From a virus, in IMG/VR virus record IMGVR_UViG_3300036828_000547, positions 1 through 64,000 of that record: DNA of 64,000 nt; one strand, given 5' to 3'. Below the pieces are notes generated by a model. The model saw only the letters and a list, made by a program, of their open reading frames with translations. It searched no databases and was not told the DNA's origin. Within the stretch, counting starts at the first letter, position 1. Every line of letters starts with the position of its first letter. Below, in pieces: positions 26,494 through 37,178 of the stretch. Both the position numbers and the translations under genes were made by a program.

Positions 26494-28131
26494 ATGGCGA
26501 AGCAACCAAACTTAACGATTAATGTAAATTCGCAACAGTTTAAACAGTTTGCGACGCAGTTCAATGCGTTTTCTGGGCAGATCAAGAATATGAATGCTCA
26601 GTTTAGTCAGATTAATGCTTCTCTTAATAGATCAAACATACTAATTCGATCAGCTACAGCTTCAATGACTCCATTCTTATATGCCGCTAGGTCGGTTCAT
26701 TCAGTAGTTTCAGGGATTACGAAGAAGTTGTTAAGTTGGGGAACGATTGTTGGTGGTGTTACTGCTCTATTAGGGATGGGAGGTGGTCTGTTTGGTATTG
26801 AGCGACTCGCTGCTTCTATCATGGCAAAAAGGAGAATGACACTAGGTTTAGGTCAGGATTATGGTCGGACCCAAGCAAGTATGATCTTTCGTCAAGGTAT
26901 GACGGATTCACCCGGCAATGTAATGAAAAATATCCGGATGGGTATGGCCGGGTCTTCTGATCAGATGACTGCTCTGATGGGCTTGGGAATCAATCCATTT
27001 GATCCTTCGACGCAAAAATTGAGTCCAGATGAACTTATGGATAAGATTGAAAAAAGAATTCCTGATATTCTGAATAGAGCTGGGAAGGGTAGAGAATTAA
27101 TGATGGCTCAATCATATAAACTTGAGTCATTAGGTTATAGTCCAATGGACCTGTTGCGGAGGGCAACTCCAGAAGGACAAAAAGAAATTGAGGAAGAACG
27201 ACAATTGAAAGAGAAATATGCGCCTTTAATGGTAATATCAAAGGCAGCACAAAAAGCATGGACTGAATTAGAATTACAGTTTCAAGCGGCTAAATCGCAG
27301 CTAGAATCAGTATTTGGTGAAAAGCTTGCTGACCTTGCTGAACCATTAAAGCATTTGAGTGAGGGATTCACACAACTGGTTCGTACGTTAATGCAATCTC
27401 CGGCAGTTCAAGCAGTGATAAAGCAATTAGCAGAGTGGATAGATACTCTTGCCAAAAAGATGAAAGAGCTAACTGAAGATGATATTCAAAAGTTTATAAC
27501 TAAGATAGAAACATTGCTTCCTACAATGGAGCAATTTAAGACTGCTATGAAAGACTTTGTGGAAGTTCTGCAAGCTGCTGTTTCTGTATTACGTTTTATT
27601 AAAGACTTAGTTCCAGGTGGGGGAACTATGGCGGGCGCTGCTCAGGCTACTGGAGCCGGAGCGGTGCATGGCTGGTTGGGTAAGCATCTTACCCCCTACG
27701 GAAAAGAACTTCTTGGCTTTGATTCTGGTATAAAAGGAAGTCCAACATCTGCTTCAGCAGCAACGGCTGGAGGAAATGTATTTAATGCTTTTGGTGGAAG
27801 AGGAGGAGGCTTTAGCGGTAGTAGTCCAGGATTAGCTTCTGGATTTGGTTGGCAACATACACTTTTTAATCAAGGTCTTGCTCCAGAGAGTGGGACTCTA
27901 CCATCATCAATAGCTGGTCCTTGGTCTAGTGCTGCTTCTAAAATGGCTCCTCCAAAAACTAGTGGTGGTGATGGATCAATATTTGGTCCTGTTCCTGATG
28001 CAGCTAAAGGAGGAAAAGCCGTAGGACCATTATCTATGGATAACTGGCAAATGAATAGAACAGCGAGTCTTGTTGTACGTAATGTTCCAGGAGCCAATAT
28101 CTTTATGACCGCAGCGGGGATGACAGGATAA
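26494..28131 (+). CDS. tape measure protein 2 (paralog of 22403-25111)
   Basis: alignable by eye with TMP1 over ~120 aa; helical. Confidence 0.7.
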   Translation: MAKQPNLTINVNSQQFKQFATQFNAFSGQIKNMNAQFSQINASLNRSNILIRSATASMTPFLYAARSVHSVVSGITKKLLSWGTIVGGVTALLGMGGGLFGIERLAASIMAKRRMTLGLGQDYGRTQASMIFRQGMTDSPGNVMKNIRMGMAGSSDQMTALMGLGINPFDPSTQKLSPDELMDKIEKRIPDILNRAGKGRELMMAQSYKLESLGYSPMDLLRRATPEGQKEIEEERQLKEKYAPLMVISKAAQKAWTELELQFQAAKSQLESVFGEKLADLAEPLKHLSEGFTQLVRTLMQSPAVQAVIKQLAEWIDTLAKKMKELTEDDIQKFITKIETLLPTMEQFKTAMKDFVEVLQAAVSVLRFIKDLVPGGGTMAGAAQATGAGAVHGWLGKHLTPYGKELLGFDSGIKGSPTSASAATAGGNVFNAFGGRGGGFSGSSPGLASGFGWQHTLFNQGLAPESGTLPSSIAGPWSSAASKMAPPKTSGGDGSIFGPVPDAAKGGKAVGPLSMDNWQMNRTASLVVRNVPGANIFMTAAGMTG

Positions 28132-28913
28132 TGCCTCCTCCTAATACAGCAATTCAATTATCATACCAAGTGTGTCCGATCATTCTATCTGGTGGGGCAG
28201 CGGCTCAGATTCCTGGTGGCATGTTACCGATATTGAGTTTATTTTCTGGAGTGGGTGCTAATTCAATAGGGCTTCCATTTGATATTGGTGACCTAGATGA
28301 TGCTTTTGGTGCATTCAACGTTTTACCGGGAGGTATGCTAATAAATCAGCAGATTGCGAAATATCCATTTGCTAATCAGTCAGTGGCGGCAAATGCGACT
28401 ATTCGAGAACCATTGACCTTGTCTGTTATTATGGATGCTCCCATGCGAGGACCTTCTGCATGGGCTTATAAACAAATGATAATGACAGCATTAAAGGCGA
28501 CACTTGATAATCATAATAATCAAGGGGGAACCTATGTTGTCATCACTCCAGCTTATATGTATACAGATTTAATTATGACTTCTTTAACTGATAACTCTCG
28601 TGGGAATAATTCACTACCACAGAATGCATGGCGCTTTGATTTTGAAAAACCGTTGGTTTCTTTAGCTGATCTCCAAGGTGCTCAAAATCAACTAATGTCT
28701 AAAATCTCAAATCAAGTACCAACTGGTGTAAATCAGTCAGGTATCCAAGTCGGAACGCCAGTTGCACAGCCACAGCTTCAGTTAGATCCAAGTGTAGGAT
28801 TAGGGGCTAGTCTCTCAACTGGTTCTCCAACCGTGATGAATACAGCACAATCTTTTCTTAATTATCCAGCACTTCAAAGTGGGGCTTCTTTCCCATTCAG
28901 TGGTATTTCATGA
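28131..28913 (+). CDS. tail tube initiator/baseplate protein
   Basis: YPFANQSVAANATI and LDNHNNQGGTY..ITP motifs. Confidence 0.65.
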   Translation: MPPPNTAIQLSYQVCPIILSGGAAAQIPGGMLPILSLFSGVGANSIGLPFDIGDLDDAFGAFNVLPGGMLINQQIAKYPFANQSVAANATIREPLTLSVIMDAPMRGPSAWAYKQMIMTALKATLDNHNNQGGTYVVITPAYMYTDLIMTSLTDNSRGNNSLPQNAWRFDFEKPLVSLADLQGAQNQLMSKISNQVPTGVNQSGIQVGTPVAQPQLQLDPSVGLGASLSTGSPTVMNTAQSFLNYPALQSGASFPFSGIS

Positions 28914-29431
28914 CTACGGTTATTCCATTCCTGCCATCTAATTTAGTGGCTCCTAAATTTATTGTGACGTTAGATGGGATTGATTATCAGACTGTAGTTA
29001 CTTGGAACGTTGCTGCACAGAGATATTATGTCAATATTTATGGGTCAGATGGTACGTGGATTGTAACAGTACCTCTTATTCAAACACCTCCAGCTCGTGG
29101 AATTGAAGCTGTTAGCTATGATAATTTACGAAGAGTTGTAACCGTGACGATGGTAGATCCATCACAATGGCCGATTCCATTGTCTTCAGCCGGACTTTCG
29201 ATACCTCCCGGCACAATCGTTGACTATACTCTAGACAATTTTGATCCACCTGTATTTAATGCGACATGGAGATCACTGCATGTAAATGATACTACGTTTT
29301 CGTTTCCATTAGCTACTGATCCTGGTGAAGTGCTTATTGTTGGTTCTGTTTCTCGATTAATGAATATGGTCGGAGGACTTTTTAATTCTACATTTGTCTA
29401 TCGCAACGGAGCCTTTGAGGTAACACCATAA
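28910..29431 (+). CDS. baseplate protein with inserted beta-barrel
   Basis: VTWNVAAQRYYVNIY N-terminus; FVYRNGAFEV C-terminus. Confidence 0.65.
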   Translation: MTTVIPFLPSNLVAPKFIVTLDGIDYQTVVTWNVAAQRYYVNIYGSDGTWIVTVPLIQTPPARGIEAVSYDNLRRVVTVTMVDPSQWPIPLSSAGLSIPPGTIVDYTLDNFDPPVFNATWRSLHVNDTTFSFPLATDPGEVLIVGSVSRLMNMVGGLFNSTFVYRNGAFEVTP

Positions 29432-30282
29432 TGGGACGCTACGACTCACATAAACATCCATTCCACTATCAGATGAACCAATGGGCGTCTAAGAGGATAA
29501 ACACGAATAGTGAACAGAGTGCTAAGTCTATTCCATGTCATGTTCAGAAAGTTGATAAAGATTTTATTACTGTGGCATTCGAAACTCAGAATGGTATCTT
29601 TACTCCGCCGACTGTTAAGATTCCTCAATCGATGTCACAATATGGCCGTGATCCAACTCAAGTAGGAGATAAGGGATATGCGGTTCCTGGAGATTATTAT
29701 CTTGGTGGTGTTACTGGCGACGCTGGCGGCAATACGAACTTTTATCCCCGTGGAAACCTCACGACATTATCCTTCCAGCCGGTAAGTCATAAGCAAAATC
29801 CTAGCAGGGATTATGATCAAAATACACATATGGGTGGACCAAATGGCTGGACTGTTGGGCCATATCAAAAACAACAACAAGATCAACAAAGTCAACAAAA
29901 TGGTGGCAGTCAAACAGGAACAGGGTCAACAAATTCATTTAGAGCTCAGCAAGAAAGACTGCATAGCAAAATGGTGAAAGCTGGGACACTCGCCACAAAT
30001 GGAAGTAGCAGTAGCGGAAGCAGTGGGAGTGGAAGTAGTCAACAAGGTCAAAGTCAAGATAGTGACAAAACACAGTTTAGTTTTGATAAGGATGGCAAGG
30101 CGGTAATGCAGAGTAAAGATGCGGATCATGTTATTACTGTAGATCAAAAGAACTCAAAAATTACAATCAAAGTACCAACTGGTCATAAGATCTATGTTGG
30201 TGGTGATGGTTCAGAAGGTCAATATGCGCAGCTTACTACTGTGAAAGGTCCTGTCATTAATGCTTTAGGGCGGATTGGCTAA
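29431..30282 (+). CDS. baseplate spike protein
   Basis: IPCHV..V, PTQVGDKG..VP.D.YLGG OB-fold motif. Confidence 0.7.
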   Translation: MGRYDSHKHPFHYQMNQWASKRINTNSEQSAKSIPCHVQKVDKDFITVAFETQNGIFTPPTVKIPQSMSQYGRDPTQVGDKGYAVPGDYYLGGVTGDAGGNTNFYPRGNLTTLSFQPVSHKQNPSRDYDQNTHMGGPNGWTVGPYQKQQQDQQSQQNGGSQTGTGSTNSFRAQQERLHSKMVKAGTLATNGSSSSGSSGSGSSQQGQSQDSDKTQFSFDKDGKAVMQSKDADHVITVDQKNSKITIKVPTGHKIYVGGDGSEGQYAQLTTVKGPVINALGRIG

Positions 30283-30674
30283 TGCGAACTTATGGCCGTA
30301 CCAGAGATGTTCTTACCGGTGCAAAGAAATGGTGGGTTGTCGTTACTGATAGTAATGGATACAATGATTCAGTTTGGGTCACTACTCTTGCTCAGGTGTG
30401 TAAATTGAACTTGGGTGAAAGTCCGTTTTTTGCTAATTATGGCATTCCGGCTCATCCTGCTGTTGTAACTCAAGTTTATCCTGATTTTTATATGGTTCGT
30501 ACTCAACAACAATTCGTTGGTTTCTTTGCTTCATTAATGCTAACGAGGCAACTAAACGCTGAAGATGATGATAATAGACCTGCACCATCATATCTTATAA
30601 ACGCACTCACGAACTACGGTTCCAGGATTGGTGTACGGACTGCTCCCGGCTATCCTCTCGATCAACCTATCTGA
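30282..30674 (+). CDS. baseplate wedge/sheath initiator (gp25/W-like)
   Basis: MRTYGR...LNLGESPFFANYGIPA. Confidence 0.7.
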   Translation: MRTYGRTRDVLTGAKKWWVVVTDSNGYNDSVWVTTLAQVCKLNLGESPFFANYGIPAHPAVVTQVYPDFYMVRTQQQFVGFFASLMLTRQLNAEDDDNRPAPSYLINALTNYGSRIGVRTAPGYPLDQPI

Positions 30675-30680
30675 GTCAAC

Positions 30681-32108
30681 ATGGCACTCTTACCTCTTAT
30701 AATGACTGCACAGGGATTACAACCGGCAGCTCCGGCTGATTTGCGGGGAAGACTGATTACATTGGTTGCTGCTAGCAATCCAGACTATACAGCGAATTTG
30801 CCGGGGTCATTAATAGAAGATATATCGAGTACAGATGTCTTTGCTCTGGTTGTTAGTGACAGTTTTCTTGTTGATTTAGTCAATTCTGTTACGCCTTATG
30901 CTGCAAATCCATACTTACTGAATCAACTTGGCATTCTGTATGGTGTTGATCGACAACCGATCACTAATACTTCTGTTTATGTCGTATTTTCTGGTACTCC
31001 CGGCTATGTGATTGCGCAAGGGTTTGTTGTATCTGATGGAACTTATCAGTATGTTTGTCAGACTGGTGGTATAATTGGAGTTAGTGGAACTTCACTACCA
31101 ATCTATTGTTTAGCAACTCAAGATGGTGCATGGCCTGTTCAAGCGAATACCGTTGTACAGATGGCAACGTCAGTTCCAGCCAATGTTTCGCTTGTTGTAA
31201 ATAATCCAGTGTCTGGTATTCCGTCTCAATCTGGTGAACCAATCAGTATCTATAGAGAACGTTGTTTCACGGCTGGTTTAGCTTCATCCACAGGAATGGC
31301 TCGTTATTTAAAGACATTGGTGGGAAATATTCCCGGTGTACAGAGTCGTTTGATCTCTGTACAAGAGCAAGAAGATTTAGAGGCATATACAATCATCGTA
31401 GGTGGAGGAGACCCATATCAAGTTGCGTATCAAATCTGGTGTTCAAATTTCTATACTCCAGGTTTAACTGGAGCAGTTATTCGTGTTTCAGGAATTTCAA
31501 ATACCAACCCTGTGAGAATTACCACAGCAGATAATCATAATTTGTCAACAGGAAATATTGAAGTTGTATCTGGAAATGTTGGATTTCCTTATATTAATAA
31601 TCAACCATATCCTATTACTGTAACGGGACTAAAAACCTTTACCATTCCAGTTGATGGTACACAGTATGGAACATGGCAATATGGTGGCGTGGTAACTCCT
31701 AATCCTATAAACGAACTTGTTACTGTTTCTGATTATCCAGATGGATTTAGTATCCCATTTGTAATCCCTCCTCAAGAAACTGTAAATATTATTGCGACTT
31801 GGGTAACAGATTCACCAAACTATGTATCTGCCGCAGCTATCGCACAAGCTGCATCCCCGGCTATTATTGATTATATCAATAGCTTACCGGCTGGGACTAC
31901 TCCAATTAATCTCAATGTGCTGAATGAAGTTTTTCTTGATTCTATTGCCAATATTCTTGCTGGTGAATTGGTTATTGATATTTCATGGACTATTTCTATT
32001 AGTGGAGTTGGAGCACTTCCACAATCTGGTACTCAAGTTATCTATGGAGATAGATATAGTTACTTCTATACAGATACTTCGCAGGTCTCAGTTATTCAGG
32101 GTCTGTAA
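30681..32108 (+). CDS. baseplate J-like protein with inserted beta-barrel
   Basis: TANLPGSLIEDISST, GEPISIYRER, IVGGGDPYQVA motifs. Confidence 0.8.
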   Translation: MALLPLIMTAQGLQPAAPADLRGRLITLVAASNPDYTANLPGSLIEDISSTDVFALVVSDSFLVDLVNSVTPYAANPYLLNQLGILYGVDRQPITNTSVYVVFSGTPGYVIAQGFVVSDGTYQYVCQTGGIIGVSGTSLPIYCLATQDGAWPVQANTVVQMATSVPANVSLVVNNPVSGIPSQSGEPISIYRERCFTAGLASSTGMARYLKTLVGNIPGVQSRLISVQEQEDLEAYTIIVGGGDPYQVAYQIWCSNFYTPGLTGAVIRVSGISNTNPVRITTADNHNLSTGNIEVVSGNVGFPYINNQPYPITVTGLKTFTIPVDGTQYGTWQYGGVVTPNPINELVTVSDYPDGFSIPFVIPPQETVNIIATWVTDSPNYVSAAAIAQAASPAIIDYINSLPAGTTPINLNVLNEVFLDSIANILAGELVIDISWTISISGVGALPQSGTQVIYGDRYSYFYTDTSQVSVIQGL

Positions 32109-33352
32109 TGTTTATTCTTAAACCAGCACTCTTTACTCAAGTTAGTGTTGGTGGGCAATCTGTACAGATTGCTGATACTACGATGGGTGCTAAAGGAGGG
32201 TTAATTATTAATCCTCTTAATCCTCAAGATCAAGGATTAGCGGTTTCTGAGTCATTGTGGGTTAATCTTTTAGGATCTGCTGTTACGGCGGCTGTTAATG
32301 GAACAGTTGAAGTTCTTCCCGGTCAAACATTTCTTGTTCCACCTAATGTGAATGTTTGGGTCACAGCAGTAACTTCAGGTCATCAATTTTCAGCATATTT
32401 CTCCTCGAATTATTCAGTCCCATTTCCTCCAGGTATAGTTCCCGGTCAGCCAGGAAGTGGGACCGGGGCCACCTTGGGTGGATTTACAGGAGGACAACCA
32501 TTTCCTCCGAGTGATGTGACAGGATTGAAGAAAACAATCCCATCATATCTGTATCAAGAATATAGTGATGATGATGATTGTCAAGGTTTCGTAGATGCAC
32601 AGAATCAATGTCAAGACGACTATGTCGATACATTCAATGCGTTAAATCTACCAATCTATCCTGGTCCTATTGTTTCTGAGAAATTGCTTGATTGGGTAGG
32701 AACAGGTTTATATGGGATGGCTCGTCCAGCACTTAGTTCTGGTCGGCCGGTGCTTATGGGTCCACTTAATACGTGGGGTCCAAATTGGATATTCCCACAG
32801 TGGGGCATGGCACCTTCAAATCAGGCAGTATTCTTTGGTTTGAATGAACTACAATTCTTGAGTCCCGGTGATATCGTTATAACAGATGATGATTTGTACC
32901 GTCGTATTCTTACATGGCATCTGTACAAGGGGGATGGCAATTATTTCAATATTCGATGGATGAAGCGACGTATCTGGCGATTCCTCTATGGAGTAAATGG
33001 AACAGCTCCAGAAGTAGTTCCGCCCGGTACAGGTGATTCTTCAATTGCAGATACTGAGCAAATTAGTCTAAGTTTAGGTGTTGACCAGAATGTTACAATT
33101 CGATTTGTTCTAGGACATAGGAAGGTTACTGGTGGGTCATTACTCAATGCATTTGGATGCAATGGGTTTGAGCCTGCAATCGCTAAAACTCCACCATGGG
33201 ATATAGGGGTTGCTTCAATCACGTTAAATGATTTAGAAACGACGTATGTCCCTTATCTACCGCTTCCTTATATGTCGACGTTTAAAGAAGCGTTGGATTC
33301 TGGGGTCTTAGAAGTTCCGTATCAATTCAACTTCACTTGTCATGTTGGATAG
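32108..33352 (+). CDS. baseplate wedge protein (DUF2612-like) with N-terminal DQG module
   Basis: IPSYLYQEYSDD, LLDWVGTGLYG, DDDLYRRILTW motifs. Confidence 0.75.
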   Translation: MFILKPALFTQVSVGGQSVQIADTTMGAKGGLIINPLNPQDQGLAVSESLWVNLLGSAVTAAVNGTVEVLPGQTFLVPPNVNVWVTAVTSGHQFSAYFSSNYSVPFPPGIVPGQPGSGTGATLGGFTGGQPFPPSDVTGLKKTIPSYLYQEYSDDDDCQGFVDAQNQCQDDYVDTFNALNLPIYPGPIVSEKLLDWVGTGLYGMARPALSSGRPVLMGPLNTWGPNWIFPQWGMAPSNQAVFFGLNELQFLSPGDIVITDDDLYRRILTWHLYKGDGNYFNIRWMKRRIWRFLYGVNGTAPEVVPPGTGDSSIADTEQISLSLGVDQNVTIRFVLGHRKVTGGSLLNAFGCNGFEPAIAKTPPWDIGVASITLNDLETTYVPYLPLPYMSTFKEALDSGVLEVPYQFNFTCHVG

Positions 33353-33361
33353 GGCGTCAAA

Positions 33362-34804
33362 ATGACCATTCTCTGGAGCAATAACGCCTCTACCACGGTA
33401 TCAGGCACAATTACGGCTGCAAGTACATCTGTTCAACTTGCTGCTGGCACGGGAGTCTTGTTCCCTAATCCAACAGGAGGAAACTATTACGTCGCAACTT
33501 TCTATGATCAGGCAACTAAGACTGTAAACGAAATTGTGCATGTCACAGCTATGGCGGGGGATGTTGCGACCCTTGTGCGTGCTCAAGAAGGAACTACTGC
33601 AAGAGTCTGGAATGCTGGTGATATATTTGCCAATTTGGTGACTGCTGGAACGTTGAATGCTTTTGTTCAGGCTGGAGTTGGTCCTGCAAATACGGCTCAG
33701 GTTTATGTCGGTACAGACGTTTCAGCAACTCCGGGAACAATCATTTGTCCTACGAATCCTGTGCCAGCGTCACTTGCAGTTGGAATGCTTTTTGATATTA
33801 AGGTCGCCAATCTAAATCCTGGGCCTGTTTTATTGCAATTCAATGGTAATGCAGGAATTGCAGCGGTACGAACCGATGGCTCTGCTATGGTCGGTGGCAA
33901 TCTGGTTGCCGGTGAAAATTATTTGTTCTTATATAATGGAGTGAATTTCACTTCTACAATTCCACCAATTCCTCTACAACCACCAGTGACTACATTTTAT
34001 GTTAGACCGGATGGTAATGATAATAATAGTGGATTTGCGAATACTCCTACAAGTGCCTTCTTAACTATTTCTGGAGCAATGTATTCAATCAAATCTCGAT
34101 ATATATCTCAAAGTACAATCACTATTCGTGTTGCTGATGGTACTTACCTTGATAGCCCTGCTGAGAGTCAAAGTTACATTGCTTCTTGGGCGATTATTGG
34201 TAATACAGCTAATCCTGGCAATGTTGTTATCAATGCAACATCAGTTAGCCAAGCAGCGTATCCTCCCCATGCAAGTATTGCTCGTGGAATTAATGCACAA
34301 CAAACGGCAAATATCTCTATAAGTGGGTTTACTTTTCAATCTTATCTTGAAAACGCAGTGGCGGATGGTGGTGGTGTTCTTTACATCACTAATTGTAATT
34401 TCACAGCATCGACTTCTGGAACAGGAGCGCCAATTATTGCAAATTCTGGAGGTAAACTTTCTCTTTTTGGAAATTGTCAATATAGTGGTGCAACACCGAT
34501 GCAATCTATATTTAATTGTGGTAGTGGATCAAATATGGGCTTCGGATATGATGATGGTATCAATAGTGTCCCTCTTACATTTAATATCGCAGGAACTCCT
34601 CCGATTACTCTCGCCACAGTACTTGCTACTGAAGCAGGAGTTGTGACAATCTTTGAAACAGTTACCTCTTTTACCGGAGGAGTTCCTGCGTGTCACCAAT
34701 ATGAATGTACGACAGGTGGTGGTATCGGCTTTACTACTGGTGTCACTACAATATTCCCTGGAACATTGCCAGGAGTTGTAACATCCCCTGGATGGATCGC
34801 TTAA
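33362..34804 (+). CDS. tail fibre/spike with beta-helix-like C-terminus
   Basis: EIVHVTA..GD..T.VRAQEGT N-terminus; FYVRPDGNDNNSG...AFLTI; IRVADGTY. Confidence 0.75.
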   Translation: MTILWSNNASTTVSGTITAASTSVQLAAGTGVLFPNPTGGNYYVATFYDQATKTVNEIVHVTAMAGDVATLVRAQEGTTARVWNAGDIFANLVTAGTLNAFVQAGVGPANTAQVYVGTDVSATPGTIICPTNPVPASLAVGMLFDIKVANLNPGPVLLQFNGNAGIAAVRTDGSAMVGGNLVAGENYLFLYNGVNFTSTIPPIPLQPPVTTFYVRPDGNDNNSGFANTPTSAFLTISGAMYSIKSRYISQSTITIRVADGTYLDSPAESQSYIASWAIIGNTANPGNVVINATSVSQAAYPPHASIARGINAQQTANISISGFTFQSYLENAVADGGGVLYITNCNFTASTSGTGAPIIANSGGKLSLFGNCQYSGATPMQSIFNCGSGSNMGFGYDDGINSVPLTFNIAGTPPITLATVLATEAGVVTIFETVTSFTGGVPACHQYECTTGGGIGFTTGVTTIFPGTLPGVVTSPGWIA

Positions 34805-34816
34805 GGAGTATACGCA

Positions 34817-35125
34817 ATGGCTACGACTCCAGTTGTTGGACTTGCAACGCAAACCTCTCCTACTGCTGGTATTCCGGTTAATGCTATATCTGCTAACCAG
34901 AGTGGTGGATATATTGTCAATCCCTTGCTTGCCGCAGATCAAGGACTTGCGTCGGCTGAGCCATTATATGTCAATCAGGTCGGTGCGGCTGTTGTCGTTG
35001 CTAATGGAACAACCATAGCTCTACAACCGGGGCAATCGTATACAGTAATCCCACAAACCACAACTCCTGTCAGTGTTGCTTCTTCTAGTCCCAACCATAA
35101 ATTCACGGCGGTGATGTGGCCATGA
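34817..35125 (+). CDS. stand-alone DQG-module virion protein
   Basis: AAGGAG RBS; similar to modules in the 17307 and 32108 ORFs. Confidence 0.7.
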   Translation: MATTPVVGLATQTSPTAGIPVNAISANQSGGYIVNPLLAADQGLASAEPLYVNQVGAAVVVANGTTIALQPGQSYTVIPQTTTPVSVASSSPNHKFTAVMWP

Positions 35126-35877
35126 CTGAACTTGAACCAACACCACTAGAGAATGTTCTAGGATCAGGAGCTGGAGGACCGCTTACGGCTCCTACCCCAT
35201 GGATCCAATACACTGGATATCTTCAATATGCGGGTGGTATTGTCATTGGCAGTCCGACAGGAGGGAATGAAGGTGCTGGAACAGTAAATGCTTCAGCAGT
35301 CTATACCAATGGAACCCAAATCATCCCGGCTAATTATGTCAAGTTAGCCGGAGGAATTATGACTGGTATACTGACCTTATCAGCAGACCCGGTTAATCCG
35401 CTTGATTCTGTGACCAAACAATATTCAGATACAAAGATTCCTTTTACTGGTGGGACTATGTCTGGTTTACTGACTCTGTCAGCAGACCCGACAGCAGCTC
35501 TTGGTGCTTCGACCAAACAGTATGTTGATACGAAAGCAGGGAACTATCTTCCCTTAACAGGTGGAACATTGACGGGATTCCTGACTTTGTCAGGAGCTCC
35601 TACTGGTAATCTACATGCGGCAACCAAGCTATATGTTGATGGTCAAATCACCACAGTCAATGGGACATTTGCAAATTATCTTCCTATTGCCGGAGGTACT
35701 CTTACGGGGCCGTTGACGTTAGCCGCAGACCCTACACTAGCTCTTGGTGCAGCCACGAAGCAATATGTAGATACACGAGCATCAGGGTTTACCATACCTG
35801 ATGCTCCGAGTGATGGTAATACTTATGGTCGGAAGAACGCCGCATGGTCAAATGTCATTGACGCGGGGACTTTTTGA
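35122..35877 (+). CDS. fibre shaft protein with GGTLTG.LTL.ADP..ATKQYVD repeats and foldon-like end
   Basis: four repeats; IPDAPSDGNTYGRKNAAW. Confidence 0.75.
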   Translation: MTELEPTPLENVLGSGAGGPLTAPTPWIQYTGYLQYAGGIVIGSPTGGNEGAGTVNASAVYTNGTQIIPANYVKLAGGIMTGILTLSADPVNPLDSVTKQYSDTKIPFTGGTMSGLLTLSADPTAALGASTKQYVDTKAGNYLPLTGGTLTGFLTLSGAPTGNLHAATKLYVDGQITTVNGTFANYLPIAGGTLTGPLTLAADPTLALGAATKQYVDTRASGFTIPDAPSDGNTYGRKNAAWSNVIDAGTF

Positions 35878-37178
35878 TGGCCAATATTATTAAAGTTCTT
35901 CGTTCACTAACAGCCGGGATTCGTCCTTCTGGTCATACATATGGTGAGCCATATGTCAATTTCTCTGATAATCAATTTGGTATCTTAGATTCTGGCAATA
36001 CTCCTCGTGATTTGATTGGTGTTCCGTTCTTTTCTCCTAGTACGACCTATAGTTCAGGTCAGCCGGTTAATTATCAAGGTCAGCTTTTTGTAGCAAATAT
36101 GAACATTGTGGCAGGGGCATGGAATCCATTACAATGGAATTTGATTACGTCTCGAGTGAAAAATTACATCATCAACGGCGCGATGATGTTTAGTCAGCAG
36201 AATGGGTCGAACGCGGTCACGACGAATAACTCTTATCCGGTTGATATGTTTACCTTTTACTTTGGTACTGGCACATTCACCGGACAACAAGTGCAAGTCA
36301 CGACACCGGGTGGATCGTACTATCGCCTTCGCTGGACGATTAATACCGCAAGCTCACTTGGTGTCTCCGATTTCTTAATGATTCAGCAGAGCATCGAGGG
36401 ATATCGAATGTCTGATCTGTTGTTTGGATCGGCAGCAGCCAAGACAATTACGGTCCAATTCGGCTTCAAGGGTCCGGCTGGAAACTACGCTCTGTCATGT
36501 CGTACTGTATCAGGTAATCGTTCCTATATCGTGCCATTTACGATCTCTTCTGGCCAAGCCAACATTGATCAGCGGATAGCGATCACCATTCCGCCCGACC
36601 AAACCGGCTCGTGGCCGATCGGCAATGTGGCCTCGATGACCGTCAGTTGGGTGTGCTTCTGTGGAGTGAACTATCAGGGCACACCGAATACGTGGCAGAA
36701 TGGAAACCTTATTTGGCCGACAGGTGTGACTGGAGTCAATGTTCCTGGCAGCGTATTCGAATTATTCGACGTCGGACTCTATGTAGGCACCGTCGCGCCC
36801 GTGTTTCAGGTACCGGATTCTACAACTGAATGGACTGCTTGTCTACGATATTATTTTAATGCATATCTTCAGGGTACCGGTTTTCGACTCAATACTCATC
36901 CGGCAGGTACCTTTTCGGTCCCTCTAACTTGGCCTTGTGTGATGCGTGTGGCTCCAACTTTCACTGCTGCATGGGGTGGTGCAGTACGAAGTTCCGATGG
37001 GCAGTATGGCTTTTCAAGTACATCTGGTCCAACATATGCCAACTATTATCCATCAAATAATGCTGATATTAGCCAGTTTGGTGGAACGATTGGCTTTGCT
37101 ATGCCCACCACTATTCCGACTACGTTCGATCGACCTCAAGCAGTATCGGTCCTGCTAGACGGTTCGGCGAGGATGTGA
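35877..37178 (+). CDS. fibre tip/receptor-binding protein
   Basis: KNYIINGAM..SQ beta-sandwich paralogous to the C-terminus of the 14647 ORF. Confidence 0.7.
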   Translation: MANIIKVLRSLTAGIRPSGHTYGEPYVNFSDNQFGILDSGNTPRDLIGVPFFSPSTTYSSGQPVNYQGQLFVANMNIVAGAWNPLQWNLITSRVKNYIINGAMMFSQQNGSNAVTTNNSYPVDMFTFYFGTGTFTGQQVQVTTPGGSYYRLRWTINTASSLGVSDFLMIQQSIEGYRMSDLLFGSAAAKTITVQFGFKGPAGNYALSCRTVSGNRSYIVPFTISSGQANIDQRIAITIPPDQTGSWPIGNVASMTVSWVCFCGVNYQGTPNTWQNGNLIWPTGVTGVNVPGSVFELFDVGLYVGTVAPVFQVPDSTTEWTACLRYYFNAYLQGTGFRLNTHPAGTFSVPLTWPCVMRVAPTFTAAWGGAVRSSDGQYGFSSTSGPTYANYYPSNNADISQFGGTIGFAMPTTIPTTFDRPQAVSVLLDGSARM

